64,000 nt of DNA from an uncultured Neobacillus sp. (GTDB lineage: Bacteria > Bacillota > Bacilli > Bacillales > Cytobacillaceae), in NCBI GenBank assembly GCA_964400595.1, contig CAYNUT010000005.1, forward strand, positions 547 to 64,546. The letters run 5' to 3'. How positions within the stretch are numbered: the stretch's first letter is position 1; every line of letters begins with the position of its first letter. Shown here in pieces: positions 19,198-29,383 of the stretch. The translations under genes and the position numbers were made by a program. The notes beneath the pieces were generated by a model that saw only the letters and a program-made list of their open reading frames with translations, had not been told where the DNA came from and made no database searches.

Positions 19198-21801
19198 CTA
19201 GAGACCTTTATAGGCTTGTAGATAAATTGCTGCAAGTTCAGTTACCAGCGGCATTTTTGGATTTGGAATCGTATCTTGATCATGGAAAGCGTGTTCTGCC
19301 AGAACAGGTACTTTTCTTTCAAATTCAGTTTTATCAATCCCTGCTGCTTCGATACTCATTGGCATATCCAATTCTTTAGCAAGTTTTATGACGGCCATAA
19401 TTAAGCTTTCCACACCCTCCTCAGTTGTGCCAGCCGGCAGTCCGAGCATTTTGGCAATTTCTGCATAGCGCTTGTCTGCGATGAAATGCTCATATTTAGG
19501 GAAGGTCATAAATTTGTTTGGCTTCGTGGCATTAAAACGAATAACGTATGGCAGCATAATGGCGTTTGCCCGGCCGTGCGGAATATTAAATTCACCACCA
19601 AGTACATGCGCCAAGCTATGGTTAATGCCAAGGAATGCATTGTTGAATGCCATGCCCGCAATTGTGGCGGCATTGTGCATCTTTTCGCGGGCAAGCTCAT
19701 CGCTTCCATCCCGGTAAGCTCTTGGCAAATATTCAAAGACCAATTGAATAGCTTTTAATGCTAAGCCATCGGTATAGTCATTCGCCAGAACAGAGACATA
19801 CGCTTCAATTGCATGTGTCAAAACATCCATTCCGGTATCAGCAGTAACATGACGCGGAACTGTCATGACAAACTGCGGATCAACAATGGCAACATCTGGT
19901 GTCAGCTGCAGGTCAACCAAAGGATACTTCATATTTGCCTTTTTATCAGAAATAACCGCGGCAGACGTAACCTCTGACCCTGTACCAGAAGTAGTCGGTA
20001 TCGTTACGAGTATTGCTTTATTGCGAAGTGCAGGGAACTTTACAACTCTTTTACTTGGGTCAAAGAATTTCTGTGTCAAGCTATGAAAATCCGTGTCAGG
20101 ATGCTCATAGAACAGCCACATGGCTTTAGCAGCATCCATGACTGAACCACCGCCAAGGGCAATAATGACATCCGGCTGAAACTTTCTCATCCTTTCTGCT
20201 CCAGCCATGACAGTATCAATACTTGGTTCCGTTTCAATTTCAGCGAATATTTCCACTTGAATGGTGCTTGGATTCTTTTTCAAATAATACTGTACCTTGT
20301 CGACAAAGCCATTTTTAACTGCGCTGCTGCTTGTGACGATAAATGCTTTAGAAATTCCAGGAATGGCAGCGAGTGTTTGAATAGAATTTTTCTCAAAGAA
20401 AACCTGTGATGGCACTTTAAACCACTGGGTCATTGTTCTTCTTTTTGCTACTTTTTTAATATTGATCAAATTAGCGGCTCCAACATTTTGTGACACAGAG
20501 TTCCCCCCATAAGTCCCGCAGCCGATTGTTAAGGACGGTAAAGATGTGTTGTAAATATCACCGATTGCCCCGTGGGTTGATGGCGTGTTTACAATGATGC
20601 GCCCGGCTCTCATTCTTAACGCAAAAGTATCTATAACATCCTGGTTAGTTGTGTGGATTGCAGCTGAGTGACCGAGTCCGCCGTATTCAAGTGTTTGTTC
20701 AGCAATATCAAAACCTTCTTCAAGACTATTAACCTTATAGCAGGCCAAAATTGGGCTCAATTTTTCACATGATAACGGATATTGCGGACCTACCCCTTCT
20801 ATTTCCGCAATTAATATCTTTGTATTAACCGGCACATTTAATCCTGCCATTTTTGCAATCATTGGGGCATTTAAGCCAACAATCAACGGATTAAGGCCGC
20901 CGTTTTTGGGATCAATGGCAATTTGTTCAACCATTTTCCGTTCTTCTTCATTAAGGAAATAACAGTTATTATCAATTAATTCCTGTCTTACTTCGTCATA
21001 AATCACCTGGTCAATAATAACCGCTTGCTCTGATGCGCAAATCATGCCGTTATCGAACGTTTTCGATAAAATCAAATCATTGACGGCTCGTTTGATATTA
21101 GCGGATTTTTCTATATAACAGGGTACATTCCCTGCTCCGACTCCAAGGGCAGGTTTTCCCGAACTATAAGCTGCTGTTACCAGGTTTGGTCCTCCTGTTG
21201 CTAGAATGAGGGACACCTTTGGATGCTTCATTAACACCTGGAATGCGTCATGGGAAGGTTTTTCAATCCACTGAATGCAATTTTCTGGTGCTCCTGCCTT
21301 GATTGCTGCATCTCTTAGCAGGACGGCTGTTGCCGAGCAGCATTTTTGCGCGTACTTTGGAAATGCAAAAACAATTGGGTTTCTCGTTTTTAGAGAAATC
21401 AAAGATTTAAAGATTACGGTTGAAGTAGGGTTAGTAATTGGGATGACACCGGCAATGACACCAACCGGCTCTGCCATCTCGACCATGCCCTCATCCTCGT
21501 TTATATTAATAACTCCAACGGTTTTCATATCCCTGATGTTGTTATAAATCATTTCTGTAGCAAACATATTTTTGAAGACTTTGTCTTCATATACCCCTCT
21601 TCTTGTTTCTTCCACCGCGAGTTTTGCAAGGTCCTTATGATTTTCGAGCGCGGATAGTGCCACTTGTTTTACAATTTCATCAACCATTTCCTGTGTGAAG
21701 CTTCGGAACTCCACCAGTGCCTTGGCTCCATTATTCGCTAAAACATCAATCATCTCTAAGACATTTTGCTTATCTTGTAAAACTTTTTCTTTTACAGCCA
21801 T
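19198..21801 (-). CDS. adhE: Bifunctional aldehyde-CoA/alcohol dehydrogenase
   Basis: N-terminal ALDH domain (PITNPTST, DNGMICASEQ) fused to an Fe-ADH domain (GGGSVMDAAK, TTSGTGSE, HSLAH). Confidence 0.95.
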   Translation of the reverse strand: MAVKEKVLQDKQNVLEMIDVLANNGAKALVEFRSFTQEMVDEIVKQVALSALENHKDLAKLAVEETRRGVYEDKVFKNMFATEMIYNNIRDMKTVGVININEDEGMVEMAEPVGVIAGVIPITNPTSTVIFKSLISLKTRNPIVFAFPKYAQKCCSATAVLLRDAAIKAGAPENCIQWIEKPSHDAFQVLMKHPKVSLILATGGPNLVTAAYSSGKPALGVGAGNVPCYIEKSANIKRAVNDLILSKTFDNGMICASEQAVIIDQVIYDEVRQELIDNNCYFLNEEERKMVEQIAIDPKNGGLNPLIVGLNAPMIAKMAGLNVPVNTKILIAEIEGVGPQYPLSCEKLSPILACYKVNSLEEGFDIAEQTLEYGGLGHSAAIHTTNQDVIDTFALRMRAGRIIVNTPSTHGAIGDIYNTSLPSLTIGCGTYGGNSVSQNVGAANLINIKKVAKRRTMTQWFKVPSQVFFEKNSIQTLAAIPGISKAFIVTSSSAVKNGFVDKVQYYLKKNPSTIQVEIFAEIETEPSIDTVMAGAERMRKFQPDVIIALGGGSVMDAAKAMWLFYEHPDTDFHSLTQKFFDPSKRVVKFPALRNKAILVTIPTTSGTGSEVTSAAVISDKKANMKYPLVDLQLTPDVAIVDPQFVMTVPRHVTADTGMDVLTHAIEAYVSVLANDYTDGLALKAIQLVFEYLPRAYRDGSDELAREKMHNAATIAGMAFNNAFLGINHSLAHVLGGEFNIPHGRANAIMLPYVIRFNATKPNKFMTFPKYEHFIADKRYAEIAKMLGLPAGTTEEGVESLIMAVIKLAKELDMPMSIEAAGIDKTEFERKVPVLAEHAFHDQDTIPNPKMPLVTELAAIYLQAYKGL

Positions 21802-21957
21802 TGAACATCCCTCCTAATCGTCATTCATCTACAAAAATTTCCGCGATAACTAGTTTTCTATAGTAGTGTTAAACTCGCTTACTTCACATCCTTTATTAAC
21901 TTATGAATAAAATATATCATGGTAGTTATTAAGAAGTTTGTCGAACTTTGCGCAAAA

Positions 21958-21977
21958 ATGAATGAATAACCATTCAT
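21958..21977. promoter_or_regulatory. FadR(YsiA)-type box upstream of adhE
   Basis: ATGAATGAATAACCATTCAT versus the Bacillus consensus WTGAATGAMTANTCATTCAN. Confidence 0.7.
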
Positions 21978-22062
21978 TTTTAAAAGTTCACAAAATGTTC
22001 ACAATTAAACATTGAGAAGCTTTTGAAAATATGACCTATAAAAAAAGACACAGTCTAGGTAA

Positions 22063-22521
22063 CTATGCCTTCAATAAAATAGATTGTAATGCTCCAGCAA
22101 GTTGCTGGGCAAACGTTTTTGAAATTTCCTGGATTACCTCATCACTTTCTCTGTCCACTTTCAATCCTTTTAACAGTATATGGCATCCTTGATCTTTCAA
22201 GGATTCTTCAAAAATATCAACTGCTCTGGCAAAATGCTCGTATGAGGAGTCACCCGAACCGAAAACAGCGGCTTCTTTGTCTGTTAGATCCAACTTTCCT
22301 AGCTCTTCATAAAAATCTACAATCTCATCCGGAAGGTCCCCGTCTCCCCATGTATAGCTGCCAATCAGCAGCACATCGTAAAAATCCAAACCATCCGTTT
22401 CAGCTTCAAATGCATCCTTTTCAGTTACACTAAATCCTAAGCATCTTAATTCATTCCCGATGGTCTTCGTCATCAATTCCGTGTTTCCCGTCATACTTGT
22501 AAAAACTATTAATACATTCAT
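22063..22521 (-). CDS. Flavodoxin
   Basis: TSMTGNTE, GSYTWGDG, FGSGDSSY. Confidence 0.93.
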   Translation of the reverse strand: MNVLIVFTSMTGNTELMTKTIGNELRCLGFSVTEKDAFEAETDGLDFYDVLLIGSYTWGDGDLPDEIVDFYEELGKLDLTDKEAAVFGSGDSSYEHFARAVDIFEESLKDQGCHILLKGLKVDRESDEVIQEISKTFAQQLAGALQSILLKA

Positions 22522-23243
22522 ATTTTCCCTTCCCTTGATTTACCCTGTATTGCCTCAAAATCCTGAATTAATAACTTTCTCTGCCCAATTTGTTCGACCC
22601 AGCCTTGATCTTGAAAAGAAGAAAGCCGCCTGCTAAGGGTTTCCTGTGTCATTCCAAGATATGAAGCAAGGTCTTTTTTACTCATTGGCAGTGTTACCTC
22701 AGCAGGTTTCTTTTTATCCCCCGCATTAACTAATTCTATAAGATAGGAAGCAACTCGTTTTTCTGCATCCTGGGAATTGAATCTTTCAATTGCTTTTTCA
22801 GCTTCATTCAATCTGCTGCTGAACACCTCTAGGATTTTTAACGAAATAGCAGGCTTTGATAATAAAATCCTTTCCATATCGAACTTATGAATTGCGCAAA
22901 TTTCCGTTTTTTTCATGGCCTCAGCATAGCTTGTCAACAATGCATTGGTAAAAAGGGAATGCTCCCCCAGAAAATCCCCCGGCTCCAATACACGAAGGAG
23001 CTGCTCTTTTCCGGATTCAGAAAGGCGATAAATTTTCACCTGCCCTTTATGGACAATATATAAAAATTCGGAAGCATCACCTGCGTGAAAAATCGTATCA
23101 CCCTTTTGAAATGTCATACTTCTGCTTGTTTCAGCAATCTCAAGCATTTCATCCTCCTGAAGGTGATTGAAGATGGGTACCATGCCGATGCAGAGCTTTT
23201 TCACATTCATACCTTCAAAAGAATGATGACTGCACTGATTCAA
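22518..23243 (-). CDS. Crp/Fnr-family transcriptional regulator (Flp-like)
   Basis: cNMP-type domain, N-terminal Cys/His residues, HTH LASYLGMTQETLSR. Confidence 0.92.
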   Translation of the reverse strand: MNQCSHHSFEGMNVKKLCIGMVPIFNHLQEDEMLEIAETSRSMTFQKGDTIFHAGDASEFLYIVHKGQVKIYRLSESGKEQLLRVLEPGDFLGEHSLFTNALLTSYAEAMKKTEICAIHKFDMERILLSKPAISLKILEVFSSRLNEAEKAIERFNSQDAEKRVASYLIELVNAGDKKKPAEVTLPMSKKDLASYLGMTQETLSRRLSSFQDQGWVEQIGQRKLLIQDFEAIQGKSREGKI

Positions 23244-25135
23244 TTTGATTCCCCCAATCGGTAATGAAGACCTTCATCGAAGCTTTTCTTCTTATCTCTA
23301 TTATACCTTACCAGCCGTAACGCGTTTAATATGACAAGCAATACGCTTAATTCATGAATAAACATACCGGATTCCAGGTAAATATTTTTTGTTAACACTC
23401 CTGCTATTAGGAGAACAACTACTGATACCGCAAAGAACATGTTTTGTTTCATATTTCGCACCGTTGCAATGGATAATTGGCGGGCGTGGATGAGCTTTTT
23501 TAATTTATCCGCGATGATCACGATATCGGCAGTTTCCATGGCAGCATCAGTCCCCGTCCCGCCCATGGCGATACCGACATCAGCAGCGGCCATAGCAGGT
23601 GCATCATTGATGCCGTCACCTACCATGGCCACCCGAAAACCTTGCAGCTTGAGATTATTAATTTCTGTCACTTTATCTTCCGGTAGCAATTCGGCATATA
23701 CTCTGTCAATTCCAGTTAGCACTGCTGTTTTATTAGCTGAATACCTGTTATCACCTGTAAGCATAAACACTTTTTTAATTCCATTTTCCTTTAGCTTCTG
23801 GATAGTTTCAAATGCATCGGGGCGGATTTGGTCTGCAATCGAAATAACTCCCACGATTCTTTCTCTTTCTGCGACAAAAACAGCTGTATTTCCGCTTTTC
23901 TCTTGAAAAGCTGCATAGTTATCAACTTCATTTGGAAGGTAAATTTGATTGGCATTCATCCATTTTCTATTGCCGATAGCAAGCTTCCTTCCTTGTACAA
24001 CTGCTTGAATACCATTTCCCTTGACCACTGCAAAATCTGATGGTTTATGGATAAAGGGTATTCCCCTTCGTGCCGCCTCTTTCACAATGGTTTGCCCTAA
24101 ATGGTGTTCGGATATAACTTCTGCCTCTGCTGCAAGTGTCAGTAATTCCACTTCATCCATGCCATAGGCTTGTATTGCGGTTACTTCAGGTTTCCCTTTT
24201 GTCAGTGTGCCAGTCTTATCAAACACCAACACATCAACTTTTGAAAATCGTTCCATGATTTCTCCGCCCTTAACCAAAACACCATTTTTAGCGCCATTGC
24301 CAATTCCAGCGACAATGGATACCGGTCCGGAAATGACTAAAGCACCTGGGCAGGCAATCACGAGAAAGGTTAAAGACATTTCAATGTCTCTTGAAAAAAG
24401 GAAAACAATGATAGAAAGGATGATGATCACAGGAGTATAAAAGGAAGAGAATTTTTCCAGGAATTTTTGTGTTTTTGCCTTTGCTTCCTGAGCCTCTTCC
24501 ACTAATTCTATGATTCTCGCAAAAGCCGTATTTTCCCCTGCCTTTTCAGCCTCCACCTCGATAAACCCGGTGTCAACGATTGATCCGCTGAATACATAAT
24601 CGTTTTTCCCTTTTCTTACAAGAACCGATTCACCAGTGATTGCCGCTTCATTCACAAACGCCTTTCCGGACGTTACTTTCCCGTCTATAGCAATTTTTTC
24701 CCCGGAAGAAATTAAAACCAAGTTTCCCTCTCTAACCTCCTCAGCCCGAATGGTCACCGATTTCCCGTCCCTTCTTACGGTTGCATTGAGCGGCGCCATG
24801 TCCATCAGAGATTTTAATGAGGACCTTGTTTTTTCAAGCGTTCGTGCTTCAAGGTATGCCCCGAGCAAAAACAAGAATGTAACTGCTGCTGATTCCATAT
24901 ATTCAGTGATAAATACTGCTCCGCCAACTGCAATCGTAACAAGAAGTTCAATGCTGAATACCTTTATCCGAACACATTGCCAGGCTTTCTTGGCAATCGG
25001 GTAGCCGGCCATAACAGTTACAGCCAATAAAGAGGCATCTTTTCCCACATTTATTTTTGTCAAATGAAATAGCAATGCTGCTGACAGCAGAATGCCCGAA
25101 CTTAGGACAACCCAGCCTTTTTTGTTTTGAGTCAT
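23240..25135 (-). CDS. P1B-type heavy-metal-translocating ATPase
   Basis: TGES, CPGAL, DKTGT, SEHHL, GDGINDAP. Confidence 0.93.
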   Translation of the reverse strand: MTQNKKGWVVLSSGILLSAALLFHLTKINVGKDASLLAVTVMAGYPIAKKAWQCVRIKVFSIELLVTIAVGGAVFITEYMESAAVTFLFLLGAYLEARTLEKTRSSLKSLMDMAPLNATVRRDGKSVTIRAEEVREGNLVLISSGEKIAIDGKVTSGKAFVNEAAITGESVLVRKGKNDYVFSGSIVDTGFIEVEAEKAGENTAFARIIELVEEAQEAKAKTQKFLEKFSSFYTPVIIILSIIVFLFSRDIEMSLTFLVIACPGALVISGPVSIVAGIGNGAKNGVLVKGGEIMERFSKVDVLVFDKTGTLTKGKPEVTAIQAYGMDEVELLTLAAEAEVISEHHLGQTIVKEAARRGIPFIHKPSDFAVVKGNGIQAVVQGRKLAIGNRKWMNANQIYLPNEVDNYAAFQEKSGNTAVFVAERERIVGVISIADQIRPDAFETIQKLKENGIKKVFMLTGDNRYSANKTAVLTGIDRVYAELLPEDKVTEINNLKLQGFRVAMVGDGINDAPAMAAADVGIAMGGTGTDAAMETADIVIIADKLKKLIHARQLSIATVRNMKQNMFFAVSVVVLLIAGVLTKNIYLESGMFIHELSVLLVILNALRLVRYNRDKKKSFDEGLHYRLGESN

Positions 25136-25138
25136 GAC

Positions 25139-25360
25139 TTACACCACCTTGCTGTCCAAAACCGTATAACCCAGTTTCTTAACAACATCCTTCAGTTCCT
25201 CACCGTTGACAATATCATCATCAAAAACAACTTTTACTTTGCTTGAGTTAAAAAGTACCTGTGCTTCCACTACCCCTGCCTGGCTTGAAAGTGCCCGCTC
25301 AATTTTCTTTATACAGCTCGGACAAGCAAGTGTTTCCATTTGAAATTTCGCTTTTCTCAT
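25139..25360 (-). CDS. Heavy-metal-associated (HMA) domain chaperone
   Basis: LACPSC metal-binding motif, 73 aa. Confidence 0.9.
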   Translation of the reverse strand: MRKAKFQMETLACPSCIKKIERALSSQAGVVEAQVLFNSSKVKVVFDDDIVNGEELKDVVKKLGYTVLDSKVV

Positions 25361-25419
25361 CTTCCATATCCCCTTTCCTTTTCTTGTCTACATCTTATCT
25401 GGAAAGTTTGTTGGAAACC

Positions 25420-25433
25420 TTGACGCAAGTCAA
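25420..25433. promoter_or_regulatory. Fnr/Flp-type box
   Basis: TTGAC-GCAA-GTCAA palindrome upstream of the HMA-ATPase-Crp/Fnr-flavodoxin operon. Confidence 0.7.
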
Positions 25434-25442
25434 TTTTTTCAA

Positions 25443-25483
25443 AAAAACAGCCGCAAACCTTTTTTTGGTTTGCGGCTGTTTTA
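25443..25483 (-). terminator. Rho-independent terminator of ppc
   Basis: AAAACAGCCGCAAACC...GGTTTGCGGCTGTTTT. Confidence 0.85.
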
Positions 25484-25488
25484 AAATA

Positions 25489-28251
25489 TCAACCAGTATT
25501 GCGGAGGCCTGCGGAAATTCCGCTGATTGTCAGCAATACTTCATTTAATAATTCATCATCCGGCTCATCCTGTTTTCGTAATTCTTTAATGAGCTCTACC
25601 TGTAAAAAGTTAAGTGGATCAACATACGGATTTCTTCGATAAACAGATTCCTTAATATTTGGTGTATGATCGAGCAATTCATTGTCGCCGGTAATTTTAA
25701 GCAGAATAGCTCTTGTTCTTTCAAACTCTTCCAGGATATTAGTAAAAATCCTGCCGGCAATCTCCCTGTCTTCTATAAGCGATAGGTATTCTTTAGCCGT
25801 AGTGATATCTGCTTTCATTAACGCCATTTGCAGGTTATCGATAGTGGACCTAAAGAATGGCCATTTTAGATACATCCGCTGCAGCAGCGGAAGATTTTCC
25901 CCATTTCTTCCCGCAAAGCTGTCTAAACCTGTACCTGCAGCATACCAGGCGGGCAGCAGCTGGCGGCTCTGTGTCCAGGCAAATACCCATGGAATCGCCC
26001 GTAAATCCTCAAAGCGGCTGCGATTTTTCCGGCTCATCGGCCTCGAGCCGATGTTCAGGTCACCGAGCTCTCTTAACGGTGTTGCTTGATTGAAGTAAGT
26101 AAGGAAATCCGGGTCTCCAAACACCAGGGACTGATATTTCGCCAATGCAATACTTGAAATTTCCTCAATGGCATCTACCCATTCCTGTTCTCTAAGATGC
26201 CCCTCCTCGGCTTCTTTTGAAACCTGAGCAGCGGAAAGAACTAACGTTGAAGTTGCCTGCTCCAAGCTGCGATAGGCAATATCTTCAAGGAGATAACGGG
26301 ACGATAATACCTCTCCCTGTTCGGTAATTTTGACGCCATCGCCAATCGTTTCCGCAGGCTGGGATAAAATGCTCTTATTTAATGGACCGCCGCCTCTGCC
26401 AAGGGAGCCCCCGCGGCCATGGAAGAACTTAAGGCCAATCTGATATCTCTTTGCCATCTCATGAATTTCAATTTGTGCTTTATATAATTTCCAGTTTGCA
26501 GTCAATGTACCACCATCCTTGCTGCCATCAGAATACCCAAGCATGATCTCCTGCTGAGCTCCCAAAATTTCCAGATGACTGCGATAAATCGGCATTTCAA
26601 AAAGGTCCTGCATGATTTTTGGACCAGCCGTTAAATCATCAATCGTTTCAAGAAGCGGCGCTACATTTAAATGGCTTTCTAACGACCCGTCTGCATGGAG
26701 ACGGAAAAGCCCTGCTTCCTTTGCCAAAACAAGCACTTCAAGGAGGTCGCTTGGCGATTTAGTCATGCTGACCAGATAAACAGAAATGGACCTTTTGCCA
26801 AATTCCTCATGGGCTTGTTTAATCATTTGAAAAACCTTGATCATTTCCTGTGTCTCTGCGGAATAATCTTCATTTAATAATAAAAGCGGCCGCGGGTCTG
26901 ATAGAATATTTTGCATAATTTTTATCTTGTCCGTTTCGGGAAGGGCGGCATAGTTCTCAGAGATGCGGACTTTTCTTAAGATCTCAGTAATCGCTGCCTC
27001 ATGCTCTCCGCTATGGTTTCGAATATCAAGTGCCGCCAAATGAAAACCAAACAGCTGAACCTGACGAATCAATTTTTGAATCGTCTTAAGCTCATGTGCA
27101 GCAGGATGATGCTGATTAAGGCTTCTTTGGATAACAAATAAATCCGCCAATAATTCCTCTGCTGATTGATAGCCATTGTCGGATTTTCCAACCTGTTTAA
27201 CTCTTTCTATCATCACAGCAAATGCGCGGCGGTAAGCTTCCGTTTTCACTGGCCATTTTTTATCTTCTGTTAAGTATCGGTCCTCTTTTTCCTCAAGAAG
27301 TCTTAAAAGTTCTTCGCTGACCTCAACCCTTGTCGTGGAATGGCTGTAACGCTTCATTAAATCCACTAAAACCGCTTTATATTTTTTCAAAACAATTCTT
27401 CGCTGCCGGTTCAATGTTTCCCATGTAACCTCATGTGTGACATTTGGATTGCCGTCACGGTCTCCCCCAATCCAGGAACCAAAGCGGAGGAAATTTGGAA
27501 CTTCCCATAGGGCTTCAGGATAATTTTTTTCCAAGCATGCTTCCAGTTCCCGGTGGATTTCTGGAAGAACTTCGAAAAGGGTTTGGTCAAAATAATATAA
27601 ACCATTCCGAACCTCGTCCATAACCGTCGGCTTGTGATGCCGCAATTCATCTGTCTGCCAAAGAATCGCTACTTCATTAAACAAGCTTTCCTCGAGTTTT
27701 TTTCGTTCCCTGTTTGTTAATAATGGGTGATCGAGATTTTTTAAAATCGCTGCAATCCGCTGTTGAATTTCCAGAATAGAACGTTTTGTTGCCTCTGTCG
27801 GGTGGGCGGTAATGACGAGTTCAAGCGATAGTTTATGCAGGACATCCTGAATCATCTGTGCTTCAATATGGTGTTCCTTAAGCAGAAGGACAGCACTTTC
27901 AATGGAGTCCGGCTGAACCATGCTGCTATCTTGAAGCTGATATTGTCTGCGTCTGCGAATTCGGTGATTCTGTTCTGCGGCATTGATGAGATGGAAATAC
28001 ATTGAAAATGCCCGGATTACCTGTTTGCGCATCGGCGGGTTTAAAGTAACAATTTCTTCTTTTAACGTACTATAGACCTCTTGATCGAAGTGAGATCGTA
28101 GTGTTTTACACATCAGCCGAATTTTTTCCACTTTATCGAACAGCTCTGAGCCGCCATGATTGAGAAGAATTTCCCCGAGCATATTTCCGAGAAGCCTTAC
28201 ATCCCGGCGTAAGGGAAGACTGCTGTCATTCGTTTTGATTTCTATGGCCAT
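25489..28251 (-). CDS. ppc: Phosphoenolpyruvate carboxylase
   Basis: TAHPTE, GGDRDGNP, MLGYSDGSKDGG, FHGRGGSLGRGGGP, C-terminal RNTG. Confidence 0.97.
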   Translation of the reverse strand: MAIEIKTNDSSLPLRRDVRLLGNMLGEILLNHGGSELFDKVEKIRLMCKTLRSHFDQEVYSTLKEEIVTLNPPMRKQVIRAFSMYFHLINAAEQNHRIRRRRQYQLQDSSMVQPDSIESAVLLLKEHHIEAQMIQDVLHKLSLELVITAHPTEATKRSILEIQQRIAAILKNLDHPLLTNRERKKLEESLFNEVAILWQTDELRHHKPTVMDEVRNGLYYFDQTLFEVLPEIHRELEACLEKNYPEALWEVPNFLRFGSWIGGDRDGNPNVTHEVTWETLNRQRRIVLKKYKAVLVDLMKRYSHSTTRVEVSEELLRLLEEKEDRYLTEDKKWPVKTEAYRRAFAVMIERVKQVGKSDNGYQSAEELLADLFVIQRSLNQHHPAAHELKTIQKLIRQVQLFGFHLAALDIRNHSGEHEAAITEILRKVRISENYAALPETDKIKIMQNILSDPRPLLLLNEDYSAETQEMIKVFQMIKQAHEEFGKRSISVYLVSMTKSPSDLLEVLVLAKEAGLFRLHADGSLESHLNVAPLLETIDDLTAGPKIMQDLFEMPIYRSHLEILGAQQEIMLGYSDGSKDGGTLTANWKLYKAQIEIHEMAKRYQIGLKFFHGRGGSLGRGGGPLNKSILSQPAETIGDGVKITEQGEVLSSRYLLEDIAYRSLEQATSTLVLSAAQVSKEAEEGHLREQEWVDAIEEISSIALAKYQSLVFGDPDFLTYFNQATPLRELGDLNIGSRPMSRKNRSRFEDLRAIPWVFAWTQSRQLLPAWYAAGTGLDSFAGRNGENLPLLQRMYLKWPFFRSTIDNLQMALMKADITTAKEYLSLIEDREIAGRIFTNILEEFERTRAILLKITGDNELLDHTPNIKESVYRRNPYVDPLNFLQVELIKELRKQDEPDDELLNEVLLTISGISAGLRNTG

Positions 28252-28370
28252 ACCTGCACCTTCCTTTATCAATGGATTCGCTAAATTTTTAATTATTAAT
28301 ATAACATATCTAATATTATTTTGTTAGAAAATAGTTTCTGTAAAACGCCAAAAACCTGCCTGAGCAGGTT

Positions 28371-29249
28371 TTATTTATCTTTATCAAAAACAATGACATA
28401 GGTTTTTCGGTCGTCGTCATCGTAAGTGACGACAACAGATATTATTGTTTTTTTACCGTCCTCAAGCTGGATGGTTTTACTTTTGCCCCCTTCAATCAGA
28501 ATGGATGAACTGCTGTAGGCTGCTGCTGGGTTGATAGTGACGCTGTTAACATCACTGCCGACAGCCACATGATAGGTATACTCATCTTCGGAAAATTCGC
28601 CGTCCCATGTTCCTTCTGAAACTGTCAAGGAAGAAAGTTTAGCCTTGCTTACTTTTTGGATTTCCCCGGAATTTTGTGGAACTGACACCATTTGCACAGA
28701 ATTGCTTCGATTATTTTGGGAAGTGTTTGTCTGCAAACCTGTGCCCGGGTGTGTGTTGGTGCTTGCGTTTGGATTTGTTCCCGTATTAGTAGTTGATCCC
28801 GTATTTATATTAGCATCTGAGTCATCAACTTTAGCTTTTCTTATTACACGCAGCGTATATGCGGTTGTCTCCCCATTTTCATTGCTGACAACAATCAGAT
28901 ATTTATTCTCACCTGATTGCAGTGAGTATTCCGTTTCCGTTCCACTTGTGACTGGTTGTCCATTTATCGTGATTGATGAATCCTTGATACTGCTTTCTAC
29001 TTTTAAATAAATAGTTTGGCTCTCATATTCAACTGTTTTGGTGTATTCGGTTACGTCAGGTGAAAAGGATTGATCAAGTGCCATACCTTTAATTTCTAAA
29101 TTTGAAAGGGTGACGGCCGTCTGGTTCTCATGAACTGCTGTTGTACCTTCCGCATATACAACAGGTATGTAAGAGGACGTCCCCATTCCAGCCAATACAG
29201 CGGCAAGAATGACATTAAAGCCTTTTTTTGAAACCTTGCTAAGCATCAT
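28371..29249 (-). CDS. Secreted protein with two cadherin-like beta-sandwich domains
   Basis: Signal peptide; repeated LSNL...FSPDVTEY and LSSL...FSEDEYTY units with a T/N-rich linker. Confidence 0.75.
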   Translation of the reverse strand: MMLSKVSKKGFNVILAAVLAGMGTSSYIPVVYAEGTTAVHENQTAVTLSNLEIKGMALDQSFSPDVTEYTKTVEYESQTIYLKVESSIKDSSITINGQPVTSGTETEYSLQSGENKYLIVVSNENGETTAYTLRVIRKAKVDDSDANINTGSTTNTGTNPNASTNTHPGTGLQTNTSQNNRSNSVQMVSVPQNSGEIQKVSKAKLSSLTVSEGTWDGEFSEDEYTYHVAVGSDVNSVTINPAAAYSSSSILIEGGKSKTIQLEDGKKTIISVVVTYDDDDRKTYVIVFDKDK

Positions 29250-29383
29250 GAATCCTCCTGTCAGCTTATTTTAATAATTGTGGATTTTGAATTGACTATA
29301 TCATTAAAAACTTAAGTTTAACTTAACTTTTTAGGATAAAATAAAAAGCCGCAAACCTCCATTCCAAAGGCATGCGGCTTTTT

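Noticed and set aside
21984..22004. Rex operator upstream of adhE
   Set aside because: TTGTGAA half-sites are in direct, not inverted, arrangement, so this is not a canonical Rex box
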